The notes under the pieces: model-generated | Database searches by the model: none | Seen by the model: only the letters and a program-made list of their open reading frames with translations | What the model was told of the DNA's origin: nothing | Translations under genes and position numbers: made by a program | Shown: one piece after another, positions 39,813 through 50,095 of the stretch | Layout: every line of letters begins with the position of its first letter | Numbering within the stretch: position 1 is the first letter of the stretch | NCBI GenBank assembly: GCA_041664925.1 | Contig: JBAYJV010000001.1 | Coordinates: forward strand, 56,121-120,120 | Direction of reading: 5' to 3' | Length of the DNA stretch: 64,000 bases | Source: Minisyncoccota bacterium | GTDB taxonomy: Bacteria; Patescibacteriota; Minisyncoccia; JBAYJV01

Positions 39813-40628
39813 TTAACTTTTCTTGCCTCTCCATTTCCAAAGATATTTTAGATAGCTCTTTATATGAGTTCGCGTTAATTTATTAGTAAAAATATCAAGA
39901 ACGCCTCTTTTTGAGTCAGACGCTTTTAAGTGAAAATGGCGGATTGTCGCTTTCGGCAAATAATAAACCTTGAAACCTTCGTTCCTGAATCGATGGCACC
40001 AATCAACGTCTTCAAAATACATAAAATATCTTTCATCCATCAATCCGACCTTGTCGACATATTCTTTCTTAGTCATCATTGCTGATCCCATGATCCAATC
40101 AATTTCAAAGGGCTCATTTTTTCCTGTTTTTTGAAATTCAAATTTTTCAAGCGCGCTTTTTCCCCAATGGGTTTTTCTCCAAAAAGTCCTTCGCGCTAAA
40201 ACCGTGCCCAGAGTATATTCTCTAAAATAAGATTTCTGAATTGAATCATCAATATTAATAAGTTTTGGACCGACGATGCCAGCTTTTTTATTCTCGTTTA
40301 AAAACTTCATCATTTCCAAAAGAGATTTTTCGTTATCAATTACCGTATCGGCATTTAAGATTAAAATAAATTCACCTTCAGCATTTTTTAATCCCTTGTT
40401 GACTAATTTTGCATAACCGACATTTTTTCGAAACGCCAGATGCTTAATTTCAGGATGATGATATTTTATTAAAAAAGCCATTCCAGCGTTTGCGGAAGAA
40501 TCGCAAACAAAAACTTCATACTGAATAGTTGTAAGATTTTCTTTTATAGACTTAAGGCAACTCAATAACAAATGAGGTGTCTTATAGTGAGTGATAATTA
40601 TTGAAAGTTCAGGTTTTGTCATAAACAA
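39813..40628 (-). CDS. Glycosyltransferase family 2
   Basis: LSIIITHYKTPHLLLSCLKSI followed by DSS...NADTV. Confidence 0.7.
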   Translation of the reverse strand: MFMTKPELSIIITHYKTPHLLLSCLKSIKENLTTIQYEVFVCDSSANAGMAFLIKYHHPEIKHLAFRKNVGYAKLVNKGLKNAEGEFILILNADTVIDNEKSLLEMMKFLNENKKAGIVGPKLINIDDSIQKSYFREYTLGTVLARRTFWRKTHWGKSALEKFEFQKTGKNEPFEIDWIMGSAMMTKKEYVDKVGLMDERYFMYFEDVDWCHRFRNEGFKVYYLPKATIRHFHLKASDSKRGVLDIFTNKLTRTHIKSYLKYLWKWRGKKS

Positions 40629-40693
40629 AAAAAATAAAACCGATTTGATTTCTAATTTACCATAAAAAGGATAAAAAGAAAAGCCCTGCCACG

Positions 40694-41338
40694 CTAGCAG
40701 GGCAACTTTTTCAGGTCTAAAAGATCTTTGTATCGGGCTATTATACCCCTATCATCCGCTCCAATAATCTCGCTATCCACAGAAAGCATGGGAATTTCAT
40801 CTAGGAAGAAGAAGTGCCTATCAAGAATAATTTCGTTTTTATCTTCGGGTGGATCAGACAATTTCTCTCCGACATAAATCAGTACCACCGGTTGACCATG
40901 GATCAAAAATGCTGATTTTGATAACGATCTTCCTCTCAATATTAAGACTTTTTCGATCTCGTAATCTCCGACTTCTTCTCTTAGTTCTCTTAATGCTGTA
41001 TCTCCAGGCCTTTCACCATCCCTTGAGTATCCCTGAGGAAGTTCCCAACCCTCAACCTGAGGAATTGGCCTCCATTTGCGAACTAATCCGATTCTGCCAG
41101 ATTCATCAATCGGCAGGACATATACCCCCGGTCTTTCATCTAGAGCCATTTGATCCCAGTCAATCTTTTTTGTAATTGGATCAATAACGGCTAGATGGGG
41201 CACATTTCCAAAAGGACTATGGGCATCTCTGGCAACTCTACCGCTTCCATCTCGCCAAATGCTAGAAGAATTGTGTACAAGATAAGACGGATCACGCTCG
41301 GCCGCTGTTACAAACGGAACAGCAACTTGTCTGCGCAT
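40694..41338 (-). CDS. NUDIX hydrolase
   Basis: Nudix box GWELPQGYSRDGERPGDTALRELREEVG. Confidence 0.7.
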   Translation of the reverse strand: MRRQVAVPFVTAAERDPSYLVHNSSSIWRDGSGRVARDAHSPFGNVPHLAVIDPITKKIDWDQMALDERPGVYVLPIDESGRIGLVRKWRPIPQVEGWELPQGYSRDGERPGDTALRELREEVGDYEIEKVLILRGRSLSKSAFLIHGQPVVLIYVGEKLSDPPEDKNEIILDRHFFFLDEIPMLSVDSEIIGADDRGIIARYKDLLDLKKLPC

Positions 41339-41448
41339 AAATATCGTCCTCCTTTAGATTATCTTAGCGAACAAGGTGAGCTTTAGATAATTTTAAGTCC
41401 TGCCGAAGTCCTGCCTGACGGCAGGCAGGCTTAACGAAGGCGGACAAT

Positions 41449-42117
41449 TCAGCTACCATCCACTAATTCACTTAAAGAACTAATTACGATATCTGCTCCT
41501 GCCTGTATAAGTGCATCTGCGCTGACGGTTCTGGTAATCCCAATTGCCAGCATTTTTGCTTTGCGAGCAAGTTTCATATCACCAGAACCATCGCCAACTA
41601 AACATCCTTGACTAGTAAAGTCATCAAAAGAAACATCAATTATCTCAGCAAATATGGTAATGTGCGCCCCACCTTTTGGAATATCATCAGAACCTAAAAA
41701 CATAGTAAAGTACTCCAATAAGCCCGTTTCCCTAAGCCGTCTATGAAGAATACGCCCCTTGGTCCCGCTCGTAATAAACATCTTAACGTTTTCTCTCTTT
41801 AAATCATCAAGAAGTTGCCTGACATCATTAAAAAGATCTGCTGGCAATTCTTCGCTCATTTCAAAAAATTCTTCGTACCTCTCGGCAATATCGGCTTCAG
41901 TAAAAGATTTTCCTTCTTGCCTTAACAATCCCCTGAATTGCTCTTTGAGATTCATGCCTGCGGTAGCAAAATAAAATCTTCTCGCGACATCTTTATCGAC
42001 ATCGAAATAACGATGCACTAGATCACTGAAAGTTTCTCTGTATCCAGGCATCGTATTAAAGAGCGTTCCATCAGCATCAAAAACCACAAATCTTTTACAT
42101 GCAAGTTGTTTCCCCAT
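41449..42117 (-). CDS. HAD-superfamily hydrolase (phosphatase)
   Basis: Motif I VVFDADGTLFNT. Confidence 0.7.
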   Translation of the reverse strand: MGKQLACKRFVVFDADGTLFNTMPGYRETFSDLVHRYFDVDKDVARRFYFATAGMNLKEQFRGLLRQEGKSFTEADIAERYEEFFEMSEELPADLFNDVRQLLDDLKRENVKMFITSGTKGRILHRRLRETGLLEYFTMFLGSDDIPKGGAHITIFAEIIDVSFDDFTSQGCLVGDGSGDMKLARKAKMLAIGITRTVSADALIQAGADIVISSLSELVDGS

Positions 42118-42232
42118 AATATTTCCTCCTTGAAGTTACATAAAGTCTATCACAAATTTTAAATATGTCAATACAAAACAACGCCGCCCGGAAGGACGGC
42201 ATTGTTCGTATAGTTTTGAAGTAACCTCAAAA

Positions 42233-42478
42233 TTATTCGGCTGGTGTTTCGGTTGGAACAGTTTCCGTTGTGTTTGTTGTTCCTGTTTCTGTTGGAACGG
42301 TTTCTGTTGTCTCGCCAGTTGGAGTAGTAGTTTCTTCTGGAACTACTTCCTCTGTTACCGGAGTATTGGTTTCGTCAATTGGGGTTTCTTTTTTCTGAGT
42401 AACAACCAAAACAATGAGGACCACGACAATGATGGCAATCACTATCCAGATCCAAAGATTTTTATTTTTTAAATCCAT
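42233..42478 (-). CDS. Small membrane-anchored protein with a T/E/P-rich low-complexity tail
   Basis: One TM helix, then repetitive TPVTEEVVPEETTTPTGETTETVPTETGTTNTTETVPTE. Confidence 0.35.
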   Translation of the reverse strand: MDLKNKNLWIWIVIAIIVVVLIVLVVTQKKETPIDETNTPVTEEVVPEETTTPTGETTETVPTETGTTNTTETVPTETPAE

Positions 42479-42709
42479 TTTTGTGTTCTTTCATGGGTAA
42501 TACAAAATATGATTATGTCGACCATATAAACTTCTATATCCTATTCTAAGGCCTTATAAAAAAAAGTAAAGTCTTTTTTTGTGGATAAACAAAAAAGTTA
42601 AAAATTTAAAGTTTAAAATGAAAAGTTCAAAATTTAAAATGAAAAATTATTGTATTTATTCTTAATAAAATCTATCTCAATTTTGCACTTTTAACTTTTA
42701 ATTTTAAAT

Positions 42710-43858
42710 TTAGCTTGTGATCCATCGCTCCATCTCTTTTGCTCCTACTTTTTTACTTTTCATAATTATCTTCCTCTGTCTAAAGGCCTTTGGTATTTGC
42801 TTTAATAAATCGGGAATGATTTTAAAAATTTTTCTTTCAAATAAAACAACATATCCCCAAGAACGAATTTCTTTCCAAAAAATTAATGGAAAATCTTTTA
42901 TATAAGAACTTAAAATTTCATTTTTAATTTGCATTAATCTCTGGTTTTTGAAAGAGATTTTTTTGGCAAATAAAGAAATGCCTTTTCGCTCTTTAAGAAT
43001 TTCCAAACTTTTTTTTGAAGCGCTTTCTCCCGCTCCTCTCTCGTGATAAGCCAAAACGCTGGGAGCATAAATCGCTTTCCATCCGTATAATCTCAGACGC
43101 CATGCTAAATCAACATCTTCTTTATAGGCAAAAAACGATTCATCGAAGAATTCGCATAGTTCTTCTTTTTGATCTGCCATGGGCAGAGAAAAATTAGAAG
43201 AACTTGCGCCCTCCGTAGCCTTGCGCGAAGGAGGGCTTATTCTTTTATTATTGAAAATTAGAAGCCTCGTGTCTTCCAGCGCACTCCTTCGATAAACTGG
43301 AACGGCGCCATCTGCTCCAAAAATTTCTTCCTGCTTATCAAATTGACCATCGTCTCTCTGTCCCTGGCCGCGATTTAAAATTCGCCTATTTTTAAGCATT
43401 AAAAGTCCGGTCGTATCAAAAATATTTTTGGGCTGATTGGCTTTAAAATCATATTTTAAAACTTTGGGTTGGAGCGCCGCAATCTTTTTATCTTTTTCTA
43501 AAATCTTAATCGCTTCGCTTAAAAAACTAGGAGACAAAATCGCATCTTGATTTAAAAGCATCACATATTCGCCATCGGTTAATTTTATGCCTTGATTATG
43601 TCCGGCCGCAAAACCAACATTTTCTTTATTTTGAATAAAACTGATTTTCTTATGTTTTTCTCTTTTCGCTTTTCGCTTTTCGCTGTCAAAATAATTCTCG
43701 ATTATTTTGACTGTCTTATCGCTTGAATTATTATCAATAATCAAAACTTCGTAATTCGAATAGTCCTGAGCCAAAGCCGAATCTAGACATGGCTTTAAGT
43801 ACTTTTCGCCATTCCAAGTCAATATATTGACATTAATTTTTGGATACATATAGCACAA
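42710..43858 (-). CDS. Glycosyltransferase family 2
   Basis: EVLIIDNNSSDKTV and an ED-containing catalytic region. Confidence 0.7.
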   Translation of the reverse strand: MCYMYPKINVNILTWNGEKYLKPCLDSALAQDYSNYEVLIIDNNSSDKTVKIIENYFDSEKRKAKREKHKKISFIQNKENVGFAAGHNQGIKLTDGEYVMLLNQDAILSPSFLSEAIKILEKDKKIAALQPKVLKYDFKANQPKNIFDTTGLLMLKNRRILNRGQGQRDDGQFDKQEEIFGADGAVPVYRRSALEDTRLLIFNNKRISPPSRKATEGASSSNFSLPMADQKEELCEFFDESFFAYKEDVDLAWRLRLYGWKAIYAPSVLAYHERGAGESASKKSLEILKERKGISLFAKKISFKNQRLMQIKNEILSSYIKDFPLIFWKEIRSWGYVVLFERKIFKIIPDLLKQIPKAFRQRKIIMKSKKVGAKEMERWITS

Positions 43859-44194
43859 ATTATTCTCTGTAAAATTCTTGGCAAAGAAATCATTAGAAGT
43901 TAAAAGTGTAAAGTGAAAAATGAAAAATCACAATGTAAAATTGAAAATTTTAAATTTTAGATTGTTGTTTTTATCTTTTCGTTTTTAGTTTTTCGCTATT
44001 AATGATCGCAACTTCACAATTAAAATCCAACTGTCATCCTGACCCTGTACCGTACGGTGCAGGGGAAGGATCTCGAGAACTTGTCCTGAGCTTGTCGAAG
44101 GATTCTTCACTCCGTTCAGAATGACAGATATTCTAACTATTTGTAACTATTTACGTCTTTATACGCATAAATTCGTATTTTGACACCAAAACTA

Positions 44195-44223
44195 TTGCTT
44201 TTTTATATTAAATATGGTATAAT
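44195..44223 (+). promoter_or_regulatory. Sigma70 promoter TTGCTT-N17-TATAAT for 44256..44684
   Basis: ttgcttttttatattaaatatggtataat. Confidence 0.55.
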
Positions 44224-44255
44224 GATAATAGGCAAAAAATCGTAAGGAGGTTTTT

Positions 44256-44684
44256 GTGACAGACAGCGACGAGAAGATTCCAGTAGAGGCAACTCTGGTT
44301 GTCAAAAGGGGTGGCGAGACTCACACCATCGGCATCACCGACGAGTTGTACATGTGCGAGATCCTTGAGGACCTCAGAACGGCTAAGGATCCCGCTGCGC
44401 ATCTCGCGAACTTCATCGAAGAGGAGATGGGCAAGCGTCCACGGCGACAGTCTGCTTCAGAAGAAGACTGTCGCGAATGGCCAGATGGATTCATGTCTGG
44501 AGATAGAGTAACATGGTGTCGGCCAGAAAATCATCGAACAAAAGCTCTTGTGGTGTCTTGGCCCAGAAAAGAGGTCCCTGATGGGAAAGTGCCCGTCAGA
44601 ATCAATCTGGGAAAGCCGGATGAAGATTCATTGGAGTTCGCCGATCCGAAAGACCTAACCCAAGGCGGACCAGCCTGGCCCTAG
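44256..44684 (+). CDS. Hypothetical protein (142 aa; GTG start), GC-rich island gene
   Basis: AAGGAGG sits 5 nt before the GTG. Terminator gaccgcccag...ttgggtggtc plus T-run at ~44719-44760. Confidence 0.45.
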   Translation: MTDSDEKIPVEATLVVKRGGETHTIGITDELYMCEILEDLRTAKDPAAHLANFIEEEMGKRPRRQSASEEDCREWPDGFMSGDRVTWCRPENHRTKALVVSWPRKEVPDGKVPVRINLGKPDEDSLEFADPKDLTQGGPAWP

Positions 44685-44721
44685 GAGACAACTAAGCAAT
44701 CAGTATCAAGCGACCGCCCAG

Positions 44722-46317
44722 CTAGGAGAGTTGGGTGGTCGTTTTCTTTTTCTCCAATAATGGTAAAGAAGAAACGATTGCTATTTCAGCCGCAAAAAAC
44801 ATCATTACCCTAGCATCAAAAATTGCAATATCAAAGAAAGAGTAAACAAAAACCCACAAGAAATAAAATCCTAAAAATGCCACCAAAAGACTATGTGAGT
44901 CTTTAATCTTTTCTTTAAAGAAAAGATAACATCTTTTAAGAATTTCATAGAAAATCAAAACATTCAACATTAATCCCAAAATTCCCATTTCTGCGCCAGA
45001 ATTTAAATAAACATTATGAGCAGTTGAGCCGGCTTTTTGAAGCAAGACATCTTGTTCAAGCACGACCGGAAAATTACCGATCCCTACGCCCAAGAAAGGT
45101 CTTTTTATAATTGACTCAACGCTTTTTTTCCAGATAAAAAGTCTTCCTTGATTTGAGGTTTCTTCGATATCAAAAATACTTTTAAGTCTTTTTAGGGTTA
45201 AGGTATTGTCTATTTTATCTTTAGCATTGAATTGAGAAATTGAAAGAAAAAGAGAAGACACTAATAACATTATTATAAAAGAAGAAAGGGTGATGAGGAT
45301 AATTTTCGTAGTATTCCCTCCTTTTTTCTTTATAAGAAAGTAAAGCGCCATTACAATCGGAGCTCCAACGCTTAGCCAAACTCCCCTCGTTCCAGAAAGA
45401 GCAATAAAAAATTGCATCAGACACAAAACGATGGCTTGTAGAATTAAAATCGCATCTATTTTTTTATTCTTTAAATAACGACTCACCATAAACCAGAGTA
45501 AAATCGGTGTTGCCAAAACAAGATAAAGAGCAAAAGAATGCGAATCGGTCATTGTTGAAAAAAGCCTTAGACGAGGTGAGCGACCAGGAGAATAAGAAAA
45601 CCAAGTATTTGCTCCAGAAACAATATTAGCCAGATCCGTTCCATAAAAAGTTTGAGCTACCTTCCATGTCCACCATTCCCAAAAATGACCTAGGCTTGTG
45701 AAATAACTGAAGATAAGCTGGAAAACACCGGCAATAAAAATAAATAAGGAAGATACAAATAAATACTTAATTGTTTTTTTGAGAAGATTTTTCTTTTTAA
45801 TAATATACAACGCTAGTGGATATATTAGAATCATTTGTCCTACATAAAATAATCTTTTTATGGCTGTTCCTTTGTCAAAAGCGACAAGAACTGATATGAG
45901 CGCTAAAGAAAAATAAAGAACTGTCCAAAGTTCTAGTTTATTATTATTTAAATGAAGCCAAATCTTTTTTGGTAATTTTTTCCAAAAATCAATTTTAAGT
46001 AAAATTCGAAGTGGAAATTGCTGAGCTAAATATCTTGTAAAAAGAATCAATATTGCAATTCGCCAGATATTTAGAGAATCAAATCCGCGAGAAACTGGAA
46101 GCGCGACGAATAATGGAATTGTTAGTAGGTAAAAAAGAATACCATCTTCAATCTTCATTAAGAAAAGATAAAAAAAGATCAGAAAAGCTGATCCAGCGAT
46201 TGTTTCTCTCGGCAAAAATCCAAAAACAATACCTAAAATAATAATTAAATTAAAAACATAAAGAAGGTAAATCGGGTTTATGTAAATGTTCTTTTTAAAA
46301 AAATTTATTAATTTCAT
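44722..46317 (-). CDS. Polytopic membrane protein, O-antigen ligase/polymerase-like
   Basis: At least 10 predicted TM helices with a large loop. Located in the glycosyltransferase cluster. Confidence 0.45.
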   Translation of the reverse strand: MKLINFFKKNIYINPIYLLYVFNLIIILGIVFGFLPRETIAGSAFLIFFYLFLMKIEDGILFYLLTIPLFVALPVSRGFDSLNIWRIAILILFTRYLAQQFPLRILLKIDFWKKLPKKIWLHLNNNKLELWTVLYFSLALISVLVAFDKGTAIKRLFYVGQMILIYPLALYIIKKKNLLKKTIKYLFVSSLFIFIAGVFQLIFSYFTSLGHFWEWWTWKVAQTFYGTDLANIVSGANTWFSYSPGRSPRLRLFSTMTDSHSFALYLVLATPILLWFMVSRYLKNKKIDAILILQAIVLCLMQFFIALSGTRGVWLSVGAPIVMALYFLIKKKGGNTTKIILITLSSFIIMLLVSSLFLSISQFNAKDKIDNTLTLKRLKSIFDIEETSNQGRLFIWKKSVESIIKRPFLGVGIGNFPVVLEQDVLLQKAGSTAHNVYLNSGAEMGILGLMLNVLIFYEILKRCYLFFKEKIKDSHSLLVAFLGFYFLWVFVYSFFDIAIFDARVMMFFAAEIAIVSSLPLLEKKKTTTQLS

Positions 46318-46352
46318 CTTATTTTAGAAATGCTAATTTTTGATATTTGAAT

Positions 46353-47519
46353 TTAAATATTTTGATTTGTTTCGCATTTCGATATTCGAATTTCTGATTT
46401 TAAAAAACCTATGGTTTTTTCGGCGCATTCTTTCCATGAAAATTCTTGCGCTTTTTTTAAACCTTGTTCTTTTGTCTGATTATAGGTTTTTTTGTTTTCA
46501 ATTGCTATTTTCATTGCTCCTTCAATTTGTTTTGAATCTTGCGGATCGTCAACCCAAAAACAGCCATCACCCAAAACCTCTTTAAAAACTTGGGCATTGC
46601 CGCAAATAACTGGCGTGTCACAACTTGCTGATTCTAAAAGTGGCAAGCCAAAACCCTCATATAAGGAAAGGTAAATTGTTGCATTTGCTCCTCCGTAAAG
46701 AATTAGCATTTCTTCGCTTGAAACAAAATTTGGAAAATAAATAATCGCTTGTCTTTCTAATTTCTGATTTGTTTTCTTTGCCAACATTTCAATATCTTGT
46801 TTTGATGTTAAGTCTTTGCCAATAATCAAATATTGAAAATCATAATGTTGTTTTGCGATTTTCTCAAAAGCCAAAATTGACTCTCGAACATATCGCCTAT
46901 CAAAAATTGCTGCCACAAAAAGAAAGTAATTTTTCTTTATGCCATATTTTTCTTTGGTAAATTTTAGCGCTTTATCATTAATGACTGGTTTAAAAATTTC
47001 ATCAGATGCCAAAGGTGTAACATTAATTTTTTTTGAATCAATTTTATAAAATTTAATTATTTCGCGCTTGGTAAATTCTGATGGCGCAAAAATTAAATTT
47101 GCTTTTTTTGCTGATTTTTTTCCAATCCACTTAACGAGAATTTTATCTAAAATACGAAAGTTAAACAATTCTGGATGTGCTTCATAAATTATATCATGAA
47201 TTGTCAGCGCTGTTTTTCCTTTATAAAAAAGCGGGAGAAAATATGACGGCGAGAACAATAAATCAACTTGATCTATTTTCGCCTGAAACGGCAAAAGAAT
47301 GTGCTGAAAAAGAGCAGTGCTTGAGCCCAAAAACGACTTTAAGATTTTAATCTTGAAATTATCAGACTTTGGTAATTTTCCAGCCGTTTCTTTATCTCTA
47401 ATATATAGTATAAAATCAATTTCTTTTTCGTTTTTAAAAAAACTCAAAAGATTGAGCACATAACGCTCAATTCCTTTTTGATCTCTAATATGATGACAAT
47501 CAAGACCGATAGTTATCAT
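46353..47519 (-). CDS. Glycosyltransferase family 4 (GT-B)
   Basis: C-terminal EGFGLPLLESASCDTPVICGN. Confidence 0.7.
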   Translation of the reverse strand: MITIGLDCHHIRDQKGIERYVLNLLSFFKNEKEIDFILYIRDKETAGKLPKSDNFKIKILKSFLGSSTALFQHILLPFQAKIDQVDLLFSPSYFLPLFYKGKTALTIHDIIYEAHPELFNFRILDKILVKWIGKKSAKKANLIFAPSEFTKREIIKFYKIDSKKINVTPLASDEIFKPVINDKALKFTKEKYGIKKNYFLFVAAIFDRRYVRESILAFEKIAKQHYDFQYLIIGKDLTSKQDIEMLAKKTNQKLERQAIIYFPNFVSSEEMLILYGGANATIYLSLYEGFGLPLLESASCDTPVICGNAQVFKEVLGDGCFWVDDPQDSKQIEGAMKIAIENKKTYNQTKEQGLKKAQEFSWKECAEKTIGFLKSEIRISKCETNQNI

Positions 47520-47603
47520 AAAGTTCGAAATTCGAATATCGAAACTCGAAACAATATTTAATTTTCAAAATTCTAAATTCAAAACAGTTTTAGTTATTTG
47601 GAT

Positions 47604-48599
47604 TTAGATATTTGAATTTGTTTCGAATTTCGGATTTCGTGCTTCTGATTTAAAATTTATTTTTCCAGTTTTTTTTCTCCAAAAATCCCACGTAGCTTTA
47701 AAAATAGGGTTTATCCATTTTCTTTTTTCAGGAATAAATATCTTGGGAAATTGCTTAAATAATTTATAAATTGAATAAAAAACGGCAAAAGTTTTTTGAA
47801 AAAAATTCCCATTCCACCACGCCAAATAATATCCATTTCTTACTAAATAATAAATATAATTAAATGAAAGATATTCAGTTGAATGGTAGCCTTTATGATA
47901 AATCACGGAGTCAGGCACGATGACATGGACGAATCCTTTCTTGAATGCCCTTACCGCCCAATCAGAATCTTCATAATATAAAAAGTAATCTTCGCGCATC
48001 AATCCAATTTCATTTAGAACACTTTTGCTTACTAATAAAGCAGTACCAGTAATATAATCTGTTAAAAATGGTTTCGTTTTACCAAGATTTTCTTTTAACT
48101 TTCCATGATCTCTCAGCTCTGCTTGAAGCAGATTGCACTTAATGTAGCCGCCATTTGAATAAATCGTTTTTTTGTCTTCGTAAAAAATTCTTGATCCCAA
48201 AAAGCCAATTTTTTTAGCCTTTAATTCTGAATAATTTTGACTATTTTCTGAAACCTCAATTAATTTTGAAAGAAAATCTTTTTCAACTTTTGTGTCCGGG
48301 TTTAAAAGCAAAAAATAATCAGCGCCCATTTTTTGTGCTTCACGAATTCCCAAGTTGCACCCGCCAGCAAAACCTAAATTTTTAGTAGATTTTATGATCT
48401 GCGTTACGGGTCTCGAGTCTTGGGTTTCGAGTTTTTCCAAAAAATCCGAGATTCTTTGGAGCGAATCATTGGATGATCCATTTTCAACAACAAAAACATT
48501 GAAATTAGAATAATCTAACTTCAAAAGGCTTTTGAGGCAACCTATTGTCTCTTCAAAGCCGTTGTAGTTAACTATAATGATAGAAACTTTGGGAAGCAT
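47604..48599 (-). CDS. Glycosyltransferase family 2
   Basis: VSIIIVNYNGFEETIGCLKSL and DxD-type motifs. Confidence 0.7.
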   Translation of the reverse strand: MLPKVSIIIVNYNGFEETIGCLKSLLKLDYSNFNVFVVENGSSNDSLQRISDFLEKLETQDSRPVTQIIKSTKNLGFAGGCNLGIREAQKMGADYFLLLNPDTKVEKDFLSKLIEVSENSQNYSELKAKKIGFLGSRIFYEDKKTIYSNGGYIKCNLLQAELRDHGKLKENLGKTKPFLTDYITGTALLVSKSVLNEIGLMREDYFLYYEDSDWAVRAFKKGFVHVIVPDSVIYHKGYHSTEYLSFNYIYYLVRNGYYLAWWNGNFFQKTFAVFYSIYKLFKQFPKIFIPEKRKWINPIFKATWDFWRKKTGKINFKSEARNPKFETNSNI

Positions 48600-48794
48600 A
48601 ATTAGAATATAGAAGTTGGAAGTTGGAAGTTAGAAGTTAGAAGCTAAATAATTCCGAATGTATTCTCTAAATTCCATATTCAAGATTCTAAATTCTATCC
48701 TATTAATGATACAAAACCTACGCGCCAAAAACAAGAAAAACAAATGTACGAGGTCGAACCTCGTACATTTTCTTTTTATTTCAATAAGGTGTAC

Positions 48795-49913
48795 TTACTT
48801 TTCTTCTCTTTTCTTGAATTTTCCGTCAATTCTTTCCATGACTTCTTTTATGCCACCATACTCAAGTTCGTCATAAGACAGCATTGCTGCTCCAGAAAAT
48901 CCTTGACGGCGAATCTCAACCGCTTTTCTCGCTACTTGCGATCTAATTTCATCCCAAAACGGCTGATCAAATGCATCCGCAACTTCGGTTAATTTTCCTA
49001 AATGAACACAATAAGTAGCGCAACTGACGATTGGCGGACCATCGAAATAAGAAACAGATGTATTTTGTTTGACCGGCATTAAAGGACAAGTGTGCGATCC
49101 TCGCATTCCTCCCGGCACATAGTGACCGATTGCATAAGGCGCCAAAACTTCTCCAGTAGCCGGAAAATCTTTTTGAACTCGGCAGATGGCAACCGGATCA
49201 TCTTTTCCCACATATTTACCGGCAATATTGCGAAGTCTTGTTGTGCTTTGAATCATTGCCATTTCTCCCGAAGCCTTCGAGTAAACCGCTTCAATACAGA
49301 ATCTATCGTTATCTCTCAAAAGCGCTGCAATCTCATAAATATTTTCAGGACTATTTAATTCTATCACCCTATCGTGACTTGCTTCTGAAACATCTAAAAT
49401 AACAAATTTATAACCCTGTCCCATTCTAGTAGACAATAGCAATCCCGGAGTATTCATGGGATCGCAAAAGGTTAAATAAAAAGGAAGATTATAAGCGCCC
49501 GGACTAGTTTTATCGGCAGCAAAAATCATAAAAGGCTCATTTTCTCTTTCTTCAAATTCCATTTCCGCAATCGCTGGTCCAGCGCCTTTGATGTTTCCCG
49601 AAAAAGAATTCTTTAAAATATCTTGCCCGGCGCCATAAAGACCCTGTTTCTTAGCAACTTTCGTTCCTCGAATAAACGCATTCCATGCAAGATGATGAAT
49701 TGTAGAATTATTCGTGCCATAAGTATGAACCATTAAAATCGCGATGTCGTCACCCGTAAAAGTAATGCGATAGTCAGTAATTTTACCATTTCTTAGAGCA
49801 GTTTTAATTGGTTTTTCAACTTCTGCCAAGATATCAGCAGAAGGTTTAATATGACCACCGATTGAGCCGATATCTGCTTTTATTACGCTTAATGTTATTT
49901 TCATAAATGTCAA
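48795..49913 (-). CDS. Fructose-1,6-bisphosphate aldolase/phosphatase (archaeal-type class V FBPase)
   Basis: N-terminal ITLSVIKADIGSIGGH and GDDIAILMVHTYG...HHLAWNAF match the bifunctional FBP aldolase/phosphatase family. Confidence 0.8.
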   Translation of the reverse strand: MTFMKITLSVIKADIGSIGGHIKPSADILAEVEKPIKTALRNGKITDYRITFTGDDIAILMVHTYGTNNSTIHHLAWNAFIRGTKVAKKQGLYGAGQDILKNSFSGNIKGAGPAIAEMEFEERENEPFMIFAADKTSPGAYNLPFYLTFCDPMNTPGLLLSTRMGQGYKFVILDVSEASHDRVIELNSPENIYEIAALLRDNDRFCIEAVYSKASGEMAMIQSTTRLRNIAGKYVGKDDPVAICRVQKDFPATGEVLAPYAIGHYVPGGMRGSHTCPLMPVKQNTSVSYFDGPPIVSCATYCVHLGKLTEVADAFDQPFWDEIRSQVARKAVEIRRQGFSGAAMLSYDELEYGGIKEVMERIDGKFKKREEK

Positions 49914-50079
49914 ACTTTTTAAAATTTAAAATATTTCATACTTTCTCATACTCTATCAGATTAATTAATTTTCTCAATACCTCCAAGCTGTGGATAATTG
50001 ATAAATACAATAAAAAAAGGGCTCTTGCAACCGCAAGAGCCCAAAGAAACTAAGAACTCAAAGAACAAATTAAGGAACT

Positions 50080-50095
50080 AAGTGCCTAAGCACTT
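50080..50095 (-). promoter_or_regulatory. DGR-associated hairpin directly after VR-A: 6-bp stem aagtgc/gcactt with loop ctaa
   Basis: Same hairpin at 52852-52868 after VR-B. Absent after the TR. Confidence 0.5.

Noticed and set aside
30060-48650. AT-rich short tandem-like strings (aaagtt, aaaatt and gaagtt units) in many intergenic spacers, considered as possible CRISPR repeats or satellites
   Set aside because: Units are 6-8 bp, imperfect, and have no unique spacers. This is low-complexity AT-rich spacer typical of this genome. No CRISPR array or cas genes are present.
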